Of a DNA stretch of 64,000 nt, positions 24,067-36,800 are shown in pieces; position 1 is the stretch's first letter; the number at the start of each line of letters is the position of its first letter. The translations under genes and the position numbers were made by a program. The notes under the pieces are model-generated. The model had not been told where the DNA came from. It saw nothing but the letters and a program-made list of their open reading frames with translations, and did not search any database. Origin of the DNA: Chlorokybus atmophyticus (Eukaryota; Plantae; Mesostigma and Chlorokybus algae); NCBI GenBank assembly GCA_009103225.1, contig RHPI01002112.1, forward strand, positions 342,150 through 406,149, in the 5' to 3' direction.

Positions 24067-25660
24067 TCATCTCACTTTTCTCTGCTTGCGCACCTTTGCC
24101 TCCTCTTCCTTCTTCTCCTCCTCCCCCTCATCGTCCCATGCCGACCTCCCCCCCCCCCGTCTTAATGTCCCCCTCCCGTCCAGCCAACAGCGCACGCACC
24201 AGCTCCACGCCACGGCCACCACCTTGCCTCCCTTTTCAATGTCGTGCCCACGCTTTGGGTCGGAAACGATTTTGACGGCCACAACATCGGACGCGATGCG
24301 AGGCTTGGTTGATGCGGGCTTGTTGTTGTATAAGAGGCGAGGGATGGCTCGTCATCCACCGCATCATCGTGTGGTTTTCTTCTCGTTGGTTTCTTGCGCT
24401 TGCGCGCGGGAGTAAGTGTGCCTTGGCCTCATCCTCTTGCTTGCATTGGCCCTTGGCCTTGTCCTCACCCTTCTCCTCTTCCATATACTTGTCCCCTGTC
24501 CTTGTCTGTAGCCTTCTTCTTGCCATCACGGATGCGATGCCCGTCCAACACTTTCAACCCAGGCACAGTCGCCAACACCTGACCACAGCCACAACACTGA
24601 CAATCACACACGCACGCGCGCGCGCGTGCACACACCACACCACACCACGCACGTTGTCACGGTGGGGTTCCGCGTCGGCGCACGGGTTTCCCGCAAGGCG
24701 GAGGGGGAGGAGGGGGTGAGAGGAGATGCGGTTGTGGCCGAGGTCGAGATGCGGGTGCGCGAGAGGAGGAAGAGGGAGGAGGGGAGGAACTGTATGCGCG
24801 TGCGTGCGCGCGTGTGCGTGTGCGTGAGGAAAGGGGGGAGGACTGGTCTTAGTTGCGATTCAGTGTACGATCGCATCGACATTCCAATGCACATGAACAC
24901 ATCAACAAACACATGGCAGAGAAAGAACCCGAGCGCGCACAATATTACATTCACACGGTTCCATCAAACACGCACACACACACACATCCCCACGGAGCCT
25001 GTTGTGTGCGCTAGCCTCAGCTCCCCTCACACTCCTCCCCCTCCCCGATCTCACGAGGGCGTGAAGTTTGGCCTTGAGGAGGAGTGGAGTGGAGTGGAGT
25101 GGAGTGGAGTGAGGGGCTGAGAAGAAGGTTGTTGTTAGAGGAGGAGGGCGTGGAGGGAGGGGAGNGGGGGGGTGGGGGAAGGTCGTGAGGGTGATGGTGT
25201 GGAGTGTCATATGTGGTTTAGAGGAGTACGTGCGGGTGCGGGTGCGCTCGTGTGAGTGTCTGCACAAGCGTGCGTATGCCTGCGGTCGTGTGCTCGTGTG
25301 GGTGTATGTGCGTGCGTGGGCATGCATGTGCGAACGTGCACACATTCGTGTATTTAAGCGTGCATGTATGTATATGTGCGTGTGTGCGCATGCACCGACA
25401 CTCACCCTCAGGGCGGTGGGATGTTGGTTCCGTCAAGCGACACCGCGGTTGTTGGAGACGTCCATCCACGTCAGGGACGGACGGCGGCAGGGCTGACTTG
25501 GACTTGAACTTGGAGGACGACGAGGAGGAGGACGAGGAGGAGGAGGAGGAGGAGGAGCAGGGGGGGAGAGAGCAGGAGGGAGGAGATGCAGTTGCGGGCG
25601 AGAGAGAGGCGGGAGGGAACAGTCAGGGAGGCCAGGGACACTTGCAAGTGCATTCCTAAA
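24067..25660 (-). pseudogene. Decayed copy of the SDS22-like LRR gene (43387-45681)
   Basis: Remnants VSLASLT..RLSLARN, SLTWMDVSNN, VPGLKVLDGHRI and GGGRSAWDDEGEEE, broken by frameshifts, deletions and repeat expansion. Confidence 0.8.
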
Positions 25661-26553
25661 TACAAGCATGACGCATACGTCTCACATCAACGTGGCGCAC
25701 GCGTTCTTCTTCAACGAAAGAGTTGTAGAGTCAGATGAATACAGCAACGCAAAGTCAACGGCATGTGCGCCTATGAAAGCATAACAGCGCCATGCAACGT
25801 GTAATGTATGCATCACATGCAAGACGTGCGAGAATTGTGCTTGACTACCATCAGACAAAGCATCGAACAGTCTCCTGTTGCGGCACCCAGTAACAGATTC
25901 TATCACACGAACTGGCTATTGCAGTACAACTCCTGATCATATCCAGTTGTCCGTTTTGAGGGGTCCTGCTTCTCCTCCTTACTCGCCGCCGCCGCTTGGC
26001 CTGGCCTGACGGACCAGGCTGGTCCCCAGCAAGATAGTTGTGTTCGTCTGCGCTTGTGCACAGCACACTACTTGTGCTTAGCAGGCTACGTTCTCCTCCG
26101 CTCAGTCTGCTTACTCAGCTGCTGCATTTCATCTGTCTGGCCTGGTCTGATGTGGAGTGGCCTGGTGTCTGGCCTGGTCTGATCTGGTCTGCTGTCGCCT
26201 GGTGGCTATCTGTCTTGGCCTGCAGGAGCGAGTAGGCGTAGGACTCTCGTGACAGTTACTTGCTAATAACATGCATATGTGGCATGCGCGTGTGTCAGGA
26301 GGTGGTACATGCATGGTCACAACTTCCTGTCTGCATTGAGGTCGCTGCTCTGTTACCGCAGGTTCAATGGCACACACATGCATTTGAAAAAGAAGTCTCA
26401 GTCAAGTCAAGGAAGCAATCAAAGCAAGGCGTGCAAGGCGGGGGACGGTGCATAGAGACTCTTGTTAGCTCTTGTTGGGGGCGGTCAACAGGCTGCGACA
26501 GCAGGGGGAGTGGGTTGACTAGCATCAGGAGGAGAGAGGGTTTGGGGGACGGA

Positions 26554-26642
26554 GTGTTACCGCTGGAGCGAAGCGCCGCACGGGCACTGCTGCTGTCAAG
26601 AAGCAGTCGCTCCTTTGCTCTTAAGCAGGCAAGCATGACAAA

Positions 26643-26674
<32 letters not shown>

Positions 26675-28902
26675 GAGCGCGCTTGCACAATGCACACAAC
26701 AACACCACTTCACCCCTTCTCTCCACAGCCCCCACCTCCGCCTCTTCTCAAACACATCACCCTCCTCCTCCTCCTCCACCTCCACCGATGACACCCATGA
26801 CGACGATCCCCTCCTTGACTTGGACATCCCTCAGCCGCACGGCACCTATCTATTAGACAGAGATGCGCTCGGCACGAGGGTGCAGACGAGTCGGTCGGAG
26901 CTGATGCGTTGGTTCCGCGACATGAACATGATGCGACGCATGGAGATCAGGGCGGACGTGATGTACAAGATGAAGGAGGGGGTTAGGGGGTTCTGTCACC
27001 TGCATGACGGGAAGGAAGCGGTGAGTGGGAGGGGAAGGAGAGGGGGATGAAAGTGTTGCTTCCGTTGGTTGCGCACATGTACTTGGGCATGATGTGTGTG
27101 TAAGCAACCACGTGTATGCAAACAAGGGCACACACGAGACACAGCATGACGTGTGGCGTTGTCTGGTGTGCCCACCCACATTGACACCCACCTCCCCACT
27201 CCCACGCAGGTCCCCGCCGGCATGGAGTCCGCCCTCACCCGGGACGACGCCGTCATCACATCCTACCGCAATCACGCCATCTACCTCGCGCGCGGCGGCA
27301 CCGTAGAAGCAGTAAGACACACTCTCTCTCTCCCCCCCTCCCCACACTCACCCACACACTCACACCACTCCTTCCCCAGGTTATGGCGGAGCTTCTTGGC
27401 AAGTCCACGGGTGCGGCCCGTGGTAAAGGCGGGTCCATGCATCTGTACAAGAGGGAGAACGCGATGTACGGAGGGTGGGGGATTGTCGGGTCGCAGTGCC
27501 CCATCGGGACGGGACTGGTGTTCGTGCACAAGTATAGGGGACAACAGGTGGGTGGGTGGGAATTGCCTTAAGCGGTTTTGTGAGGATCAGTGAGGTGGCA
27601 CTGTTATGATAACACCTTTTGGATTTGACTTCAGACTGTCAGCGTGACAATGTATGGTGATGGCGCTGCCCAGCAAGGGCAGGTCAGCAAGTAGAAGTAG
27701 TGAGATGCATGCGCACATACGCACACAAGTAGTACACACGCACATATGTGCGCATGCACATGCCCACACACGCGCATGCGCATGGTTACACCCAAACGCT
27801 CGCACACACGCATACACTCCTATTGGCGGGAGCATCGACTCAATCGGTTGCGCTTGCACTGATGTGGTGTGTGGTGTTTGTGGTATCTCATCACCAGCTG
27901 GTGGAGGCCATGAACATGGCAGCGCTGTGAAAGCTCCCCGTCATCTACACCTGCGAGAACAACCAACGCGGTACCTACTTCTTCACCTGCCCACACCACA
28001 CATGTGGACACCCCAACTCCCCCACCCCCCCACCCCCCCACCCACTCACTCAGGCATGGGCACTCGCATTGAGCGCTCCGCCGCCGACCCGCGTCTCTAC
28101 ACGCGTGGGCATGACATCCCCGGCGTCACGGTGGACGGCATCGACCCACTCGCGGTCAAACGGGCGTTCGGGTTCGCTAGACAATTTGCACTTGAGAACG
28201 GGCCCATTGTGAGTGAGGATGAGGAGCACGCACGCATATGCGATGGTACAGATACAAGCACACGTGCACGCGCGTGTTCACGCATGCTTGTGCTTGCGCC
28301 TGTGCTCGCGCGCCCGCGAACACACACACACACACAGTGTCATGCTTTTTATTCTGTTGTTATTTCGCAGGTTTTGGAGTTGGACACGTACCGCCCTGAA
28401 CCGTTTGGCATGAGCGACCCGGGGGTGTCGTATCGCTAGCGCCAAGAGGTACGGGACAGGTGAGAAGGAGCAGTAGTAGTAGTAGTAGCCACTGCTGGTG
28501 TGTGCTCTCAGGGCTCAGCTGGTGACGTGTGTGGTCTTTCAGTACCACGATCCGATTCAACTGGTGAGAAACCAAGTGCTGGACAACAACTTCGCCAGCC
28601 AGCCGGAGGAGCTGAAAAGCGTCGAGAAGGAGGTCAAGAAAGAGGTGGAAGAAGCCGTTGTTAGAGCAAAGGCAGAGAGTTGAGGGAGGGCAGGTGCCTG
28701 TCTGCGTGTGTGCGCATGCGTGCGTGTGCATGTGCGTGTGAGTGTGTATTATGACCCCCCAAAGGCTGTTTTTGGTTTGTTGCGCAGGAGGCGCCTTTCC
28801 CTGAGGACAAGGAGCTGTATCGCAACATCTACGTGAACGACAAGGGCATCCCCGTGCGCGGCGTGGACCATCATGAGCGCGCACTTCACACTGCCCGTGT
28901 GA
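26554..28902 (+). pseudogene. PDHA: PDH E1 alpha pseudogene (copy of 39849-42469)
   Basis: Same exon structure as the divergent copy. The ATG is replaced by GTG (26554), W>TGA at 27928-27930, Q>TAG at 28437-28439, HPHS is altered to PEPFG, and there is a 1-nt insertion in the last exon. Confidence 0.9.
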
Positions 28903-29439
28903 TCGAGGTGACTGCTTAGACACGTATTGAGGTGAGGGTGGGACTTGTATCAACGTGTGATGTGTGGATGGGGCACGCGAGGCGATGCAAGGACAGCTCC
29001 ATTGTGGTTGCGCAGCCCAAGCTCAACTTATGAACTGCGGCTCAAGTTGATGAGAACAGCTTTGTGAAATCTCTTCACACGTGTAACAGAGTGTGCGCGG
29101 GTGATTGCGTGCGTGTGCGTGTGCGGCTGTGGCTTGAGCAGCGCCAGAAGACTTCCAATCCGTGTGTGACTTTTGCAAGACCTGGCTTGAAGTCAAAGGT
29201 CCCTCTCAACAATCTACGGTACAGTTATGACCCAACATTACCACAACAACCCAATGCCTAAGCTAGAACCATACACTGATACCGGGTTGATGGGAAACTC
29301 GCGTGTACGCCTGCGTAGCTGATGTACCGTGTTAGTATGTCGGGGGTCGTGTACTGCACATCCATTGGTCACTCTTCAGTCGCCTTTTGCTGTTGCCACG
29401 CTTGCACACATGCACACATATGCATGTGTGCATGTGTGT

Positions 29440-30455
29440 GCATGTGTCGCACCCGTTGCGCCGCCACGGATGCCATCGCGCTCATGGCCGCTGCGATCGC
29501 ATACGCCTCCGACATCTCCACAACCACACGCGCGCGCACATGCGCACATGCACACATATGAACACACGCCCGAGCGCGCGCGCGCGCAGGCTCCCACACA
29601 CACGCCAACCTCAACCTCAACCTCAACCTCAACCTCAACCTCAACCTCAACAACCTTACACCGAACTTCCACTTACCCGCCTCCTCCATCATCCTTGACT
29701 TCGACCCCCTCGTCCCCAACGCACTTCCTCCCCCCCCCCCCCCTCCTTGCGCAATGTCGGTATTGGCAACGGTGGCGTGCCGGGTATCATCACCACTGTT
29801 GTTTGTGTGGGCGATGAGAGTGTCTTCAAGGCGGAGGGGGGAGGGCTGTCGATGTTGGAGGGGTATCTGCCAGGAGGGGTGAGGATGTTAGAACAAGTGC
29901 ATGTTGTGTCGCTTAACACTTGACAATGGTAACGACAAATATATACCGGTACCGATGCGTGTGGTGTGTGAATGTTGTGTCACACTTGCATACCGAACCA
30001 AGAGTGATGCTGTGGATGCAGTTTTAAAGTGTGACGCAACTGAATGATGTTGTTGTGTTACAGTTATACTGCTGTACTGTGTACATACAACCCACGAACC
30101 TCGTGAGCGCAAGCGCGGTGACTATGAGCGCGGAGGAGGATGCGCCAACACCGGAGTACATAGAGTTGTTGTTGCCTCCAAACAGAAGCACCCGTGCGGC
30201 CTCCCTCATATGTACCTGGTTCCCCCCACCTCCACCACTTCCGCAAACCCGTGGGGTGGAAGGCTCTCCCCAGCGCCCTCCCCTCCCCTTAATCCCTTCT
30301 ATTGCCGCCGAGTATCACCTTCTTGTTGGCAAACAAGACAACACGTTGCACAAATCTTGTGGGATGCGCACACGGCGTCCCCATGGGACTCGCCCGCGCT
30401 CGCGATGGCGGACGCGCCGTCGCAAGACACGCTTTCGGAGGATGAGAGTGGAGAG
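29440..30455 (-). pseudogene. 3' fragment of the CH-PH-LRR gene carried in the duplicate
   Basis: EMSEAYAIAAAMSAMASVAAQRVR and ARVLLFGGNNN...VGASSSALIVTALAL match 39300-39370 and 38550-38660. Confidence 0.8.
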
Positions 30456-30479
30456 GCGCGCGCGTGCGTGCGTGCACAT

Positions 30480-30675
30480 ATGCGCGTGTGCTCCTCCTCA
30501 TCTTTATACCCTCCTACTCGCTATCACGAGTGACGCATACTGTGCTCTTGTCCGCACAATCTGAGGACGTGTCCAACTTCGACGAGGGCTTCGCGAGCGA
30601 GGTTCCCCAGGACAGCTACGTGGAGAGGCCACCTGGCGGGGGGCCACCTCGCTAACCACTTCGAGGGATGCTCGT
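30480..30675 (+). pseudogene. Fragment of the last intron and exon of the AGC kinase gene
   Basis: [22 protein letters not shown]...HFEG matches [23 protein letters not shown]...HFEGF at 46190-46090. Confidence 0.85.
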
Positions 30676-30989
30676 GATGATGATGTTGGTAATGTGTTAG
30701 TTGTAGGGTTAGCTTGTAACAGTCATCTTATGATGCAGTATTAGTGCACACCATGCGTAGCGCATCTATATTGAACTTTTTGATTCCTGTCTACTGTGTT
30801 TGTCGCCTCAGAGCCGACAATGACAGTAGACAGAATACCTAAACATTATCATCCTGTCGCTTCGTACTTGAGTTACACTTGAAAATGAGTCTCAAGTCCA
30901 GGCATGCGGCTCAACTCGCGTAAGCACCCACAGCCTCAACAACACCAACACTGTACACTATACACGCGATCCACACAACCTCATCGTCG

Positions 30990-33105
30990 TCATCCTTCAG
31001 ACAGCAGCTCCGCCTCCAGCTGGTCCGCTAGCTCCTCATGCAGCTGCAGCTCCTCACCCTCCTCCTTGCCCTCCTTACGCTGCTGCTGGTGGCCCCCAAC
31101 ACTCTCTCGCCTCTCTGTATGCACCCAACAATCAACTCAACGGCAGACCCCGCAAGCAACACCACCACTTGTCACCATCAACAGTGTGATAGTATAGTCA
31201 TCGTACCGTGCTCGAGTGGTGTCCCGTTGCGGCCGCGCTTGCGCTTGCGGCCCGAGCGCGGACGGGAGGACGGGGAGGGGACGTGGACTTCGTTGTTGCT
31301 GTTGGCGTTGGGGGGCAATGGTACGGATGCCTGGTGTGGTTGCAGAAGGGAGTACGTAAACGTTTAGGGATGACTCGAATGACAGTTGAGGAACATGGAG
31401 CTTTGAGCTTTGGTCACGCGCACGTGCACATATGCAGTCACACAAGGACACGCGCACACAGATCTGTGTTTCATCTGTGTGTTACAGCTGCACACAGATG
31501 AAACACCAATGCACGCACAATGTACACGCGCGCACCCTGTTACACGCGCATATGCACGCACGCACATGCACTCGCGCCCGCACTGATACATGCGCATATG
31601 CACACCTGTTCGAGGGTGACCCGCAGCTGGTCCGCAATGTCCTCCCTCGCCAGGCCGAGCTCGAACGTGCCGGGCTCGTCCGGAACGGCCACCGACGAGG
31701 CGGGCTCCTCTGCTCCCATGCACCCTGCATTGCAATGAGGAGAGCAACTCACACCAGTCCAAACAGACACCAGAGCCACCCACAGTATTCAGACAAGTAA
31801 CCCAGTCCCATTCAACCCCATTCGTTTATCAGTCAATCCCCTCTCGTACCCACAAACAGGTGCTGGCGCGCTGCCGCATAGCTTCTCGACGACGCGTCCA
31901 ACTCTGCAACATCAGCAATCCCCTTCTGCAAAAGGAAAAGGAAAACCACAGACGTCCAAGAAGAACTCACCACCACCACCAACAACAACAACACCACATC
32001 CCCCCTCCCTCCCTCACCAGATTGGTAGCAAGGTGGAACCGCGCAGCCCTGACCAACCCCTCATCCTTCCCACTCATCTGCTTCACCCCATCCCCAGCAA
32101 AAGACGAACTGCTTGAGAACGTCTCCAGTCTGGGATTAGCGGCCCCGAACCGGAAGGCCCGCGCGTCCCACAGGGCCCGCAGCGCGCCCGCGGCCTCCCA
32201 CGCGGGGATGCTGTTGCTGTTGCGGCGGAGGGGGAGGGAGCGGGAGAGGGAGAGGAGGGAGGAGAGGTGGTCTGGGGTGAGGAAGATGGGGACTGGTGGG
32301 GTGATGTGTTGGGTTTCGTAGAGGCAGAAGAGGGTGAAGATGGCGCCAATTTGCATCTCGAGGCGCTCGTCCAGCAGCTGCGCTGTGAACAACACGGGCA
32401 AGCATACAGGGTGTAAAAGCAACTCTCCGCCATGCATATGTTGTGGAAGCAGAAAGCGTACAGTATTGTTTACAATTTTCATACACGCACACGCGCGCAG
32501 ACACATGCGCGCACACGCACACGCACACGCGCCCGCACACGCGCGCACATGCGTGCACACGCGCACACGCACACACGCACACACGCACACAAAGCATGCA
32601 CGTATACGCTCGTGTACAGCGCCACCCCACAACAGTTAGAGCGAAGGGAAGCCGTGCATGCATGCGTGAATAGACGACAGCGAACAACAAAGGTTACATG
32701 CCTGGATCAATGACTGATCAATCAGTGACACCAGTGCATGCACGAAGACCAACGACCAGACCAACAAATGACAAGTATCATGTTGATCAGAGTCCCATCC
32801 CCTTTGCTTTGGAGGGGCCCTTGTGTTCACGCACCCAATGCCTCCTGGAACGCGTGCTGCAGGTGCGACCCGGCGGGCTGCATCAGGCCGTCGTGGAGGA
32901 ACGTCATGCCGCGACCGAGCCAAGCCGCCTTGAAGGACGCCAGGGAGCAGGCGGGGCTCTGCGGGACGCAAGGGGAGGATGAGAGGGGGAAGAAGATGGG
33001 GGTGAGGGGTTGCTGTTGTTGTGGTAGTGGTCGTTGATGGTTTCTGCTTCTTACCTGCACGAAGTCGGAGAGGAGTGCCTGGACGTCCAGACGGATGGCT
33101 TCCAT
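30990..33105 (-). CDS. SNAPC1: snRNA-activating protein complex subunit 1 (SNAP43/SRD2-like)
   Basis: MEAIRLDVQALLSDFVQ|SPACSLASFKAAWLGRGMTFLHDG...RLEMQIGAIFTLFCLYETQ...PIFLT...ALRALWDARAFRFGA follows the recalled SNAPC1/SRD2 N-terminal pattern. The C-terminal exons and the stop position are less certain. Confidence 0.75.
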
Positions 33106-33489
33106 GATGACGACAACGACGAGGGGGAGGCGGGAGAGGAGGAGGACGGCGATGTCAACCAGACCGATTAGTCGTCAGGTCAACAGCCCTGTCGCTGCTG
33201 TTGTACCAACCACTAGCTTGGAAGTGCATGCGCCGCATGCCATACCAGACGCAACCCACCCCCCAGCCGTGTCGCCCAGAGACCACCTCCATCACCTCCT
33301 CCTGCTTGTTTCCCTGATCTTCCCTCGCAAATTCTCCTACTCGTCGCTTTCATCCTCCACCCGGCGTGCCGCCGGCGACGACACCACCGCCGCCATTTCC
33401 TCCTCCTCCTCCTCCTCGTCCTCCTCCACCTCCTCCTCCACCTCGGCCGCCACAGCCAGGCCCTAACTCAAGACTCCAGTTGTGAATTG

Positions 33490-33565
33490 CAATCTGTCTC
33501 GATATCGCGAGGGTCGAGGCGTCTTTATCTCACAAGTAGAGAGCCGCTGTCGATATCGCCTGCAT
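33490..33565. promoter_or_regulatory. Divergent SNAPC1/CH-PH-LRR promoter with two CGATATCGC sites
   Basis: GATATCGC at 33501-33508 and 33552-33559, between head-to-head genes. Confidence 0.45.
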
Positions 33566-33883
33566 ACGCAGCCCGTCGTATCTCCGTCTGTGCCTCTCTC
33601 ACGTGATGGAGGGGTATGCAAAGCGCTCCTCCTTGCGGCCCTGCCTTGTGCAAAGTGCGAGGGTGTGATGTGGTGTGGACTTTGGTGGGGAGGTGAGACT
33701 GTGTAAATCCTGCTGGGCATGCATCTGGAGGGTTGCGGGTCAAGCTTGGGTCAGGGCAGGCCACAGGGGTTGACAAGTTATTGGTGAAGCAGTGCTAGGA
33801 GTGGTGGAATGAAGACAGAAGGTTGATGGTGACCGTGTAGTTTTGTAGTTTTGTACCACCCCGCGCGCGTGTGCGTGTGCATC

Positions 33884-36800
33884 ATGGAGGAGGAGATGGA
33901 GACGAGTGTGCCCAAGGCCAGCCTGGGAGGTGGTGGTGGCAGCGCCCGCGCGATGCTGATGGCAGCAATCAGGCGACGGGGTGGCACCGACAACAACGGC
34001 GACGACAGTTCCAGCGACAGCGACAGCGACCCTGGCGACACTGAGGATCATGCTCATGCCAACAACGCTGCCTTGCATGCTGTCACCGCGCCGAAGGTGC
34101 CTGCTGATGCGAATCCGAACACTCTGTTCAGTGTGACTGTTGGGGACCTCAATGAAGAGGCGGCCAAAACGGAGGTGGACGTTGGCAATGTTGTTGAAGT
34201 GAGACGTAAGCATCAAGAGGAGGTGTTGTCGTCAACGAGGGAAGCCCATTCATCATCAGTGCCGGCAGTAGCGTTCTCGGAGCAGATGGTGCCCACAGAA
34301 ACAACAACAATGCCAGTGCCAGTGTCAATGCCAATGGCAGTGACAATGCCGGCTCCCATACCAGCACCAGCATCAGTGCCAGTGCCAGTTCCGTTACCAG
34401 TGCCAGAGTCTCCTGCGCCAACGCCGATGGCAGTACCGTTACCAATCCCAGTACGAACCCCGATAGCCGCAACCATGGCTTTACCAGTTGCTGCGGCGCC
34501 ACCACCGCCTCCACCGCCATCACCAGCATCGTTGCCAACACCACTAACTGTGCCAACACCACAACCGCCACCACCACCGACAACGACAACGACAACGACA
34601 ACAACACTCTCTGTGCCGGCGCCGCCTCCTCCGCCAGCTGCAGTGCATACGATGCCAGAATCAGTTCCGGCTCCTCCGTCAGTGGCGGCATTGGCATCAG
34701 TGGGAGCGTTGACGGCGGATGCGCAGGTGCTGGCGTGGGCGAATGGGCACCTTGCAGCGCGGTCCCTGCGTGCGCGTACACTCGGGGGTGACTTTGCTGA
34801 CGGCGTGAGGTGGGTAAAAGGGGGAAGGGTGGGGTGCTATGCGTGTCGCACGCACGCACACACATGCACGCATAATTGCTCACGCATGTTTGCATGCAAG
34901 CGCACACATACGCATGCATACACAGACATAGACACATGCACACACGCGCGCACACGCTCACGCACACATGAGAGTGCATGCAAACGCAAAGACGCAACCA
35001 CACGCGTGTGTACAGACTGGTCAACCTGGTGGAGATGACGGAGAGCGTCCGCATCAGGCGCTACCACGCCCGCCCTACACTCCAAATCAAAAAGGTGTGT
35101 TGACTTAAAAACACGCATCGCGCTCTCATCATAGTGACACTCGCCCACACTCGCACAGATCGAGAACGTCAATCTTGCCCTCGCTGTCCTCCGATCCCTT
35201 TCCCTGCCCCTCCCTGCCATCTCTGCTGAGGACATCGTCAACGGTAAGACATCGCGTGCCTGCGTGCGTGTGATGCACAATCACACCTTACTTTCATGCG
35301 CGTACGTATAGGTAATGAAAGGGCCACCGCGGGTCTTCTGTGGCACCTCCTGCGCCACTACGCCAAGCGCGAGGCCATGCGCGTCCTTGCACACGAGGAC
35401 AAGGAGAAGGAGGGCAAAGCGGGCGGTGGAGACAAGGCGGAGGGTGAGGAAGAAGAACAACAACAGGGGCGCAGAGAGCGGTTCTTGCAGTGGTGCGAAG
35501 CTGTGGTATCCGCCGCAGCACCTGCACTGGTAAGGCATTGAGAATATATTGAAACAACATGACCATTCACAACACACACACATACACACACATTTCGGAT
35601 TGGTTCTGATGCAGGACACAAGTGATGCGCAAGTCTGGCTGAGCGGAGAAGCCTTGTCAAAACTTCTGGCTCCATGGCTGCCCTCAGACACCGATCTCAC
35701 CACCGACACCACCTCCAACACCAACCCCAACCCCACCCTCGTCTCCCGTGTGGCCGCCGCCGTCGAGAAGCACCTTGGCGTCCCTGCCTCAACACTAACC
35801 CCTCCTCCCAACAACACACTCAGTGTGGCTCGCGTGAAGGCGTACGCGGTGCTCGCGCTCGCCCGCGCCGCCGAACGCGCCAACACCAACTCGGGTGCCA
35901 CGTCCACAAGACCACATGTGTCCACTCCACCACCCTCACTCGCGGCAGGAAAGCTCTTCAAACAAGCAAATGTGACCAAGTCTCAGAACAAGGGAGCCAA
36001 TATGAAGTCATCAGAGGCGAAAGAGGAGGAAAAGAAGCGAGATAGTGTGGGTGTCGTGAAGAGGATGAGTGATTCAGCGTGTATCTGTGGTTGTGAGTCT
36101 CAAGTCGACGAGTTGGAGTCTGAAGTCGACGACCTTCGTCTCGAGCTCTACCGCACCCACGAGGAGTCGGAGATGCGCGCTTCCCTTCTCGTCGAAGCCG
36201 TGGCGACCGCGCGGGCAGAGGCCGCCGCCGCACAGAGACGGTTCGATGAGCAGATACAAGCACTCAGTCACTACGCGCGTGCGAACAATGCACAAATCAG
36301 TCCGCGTGCCAACGGCGGGAGCGTCGCGGCGGCTACGAATTATAACAATAACAACAGCAATAGCAGCAATGCGGGGGGTGCGGGGGCAACCAAGGCAGAG
36401 AAGGGCAGAGGCAAGGGTGACACCAACAACAGTAGTGTTAGCGGCAACAGCAGTAGCAACAACAGTAGCAGCGGCAGTGGTAACCACAGCAGCAATGCGG
36501 TTGTTCATCAGGGGTGGATGTGGAAGACTCCGCTCACGCCGGTGGAGAGGCCCGATCTGCGGCTCGGATGGAAGCGCCGATGGTGAGACACGCGGGTCGT
36601 TGTTTGCTGTTGTGAAGTGTAACCAACTGCACGTGCAGGTTTGTGATGCGGGGTGCAACGCTGCACTACTATTCATCCGATCGAGCGTGCGTGCGAGGAG
36701 GGAGTCCCAAGGGGGAGATACGCCTCGATGCGGGTGCCGCAAGCCTCCACTCGCCCAACGCAGGTGCAGACATTTCTTCATTCTTGAACGACAATGCGTT

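Larger units (their letters stand above)
23960..30770. repeat. Inverted, circularly permuted, decayed segmental duplicate of ~38290-46300
   Basis: By-eye reverse-complement alignments: ~24.0 kb = ~45.75 kb; 26.55-28.9 = 42.47-39.85; 29.46 = 39.35; 30.1-30.455 = 38.66-38.29; then 30.48-30.67 = 46.29-46.09 and 30.68-30.765 = 45.97-45.875. Ends are approximate (+/- ~50 bp). Confidence 0.85.

Noticed and set aside
27928-27930. TGA readthrough or recoding in the third PDHA copy
   Set aside because: The same copy has a lost ATG, a TAG, a frameshift and a destroyed catalytic loop.
30990-33900. snRNA or tRNA genes near SNAPC1
   Set aside because: No U-snRNA or tRNA-like sequence recognised by eye. 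A covariance search would be needed to exclude them.
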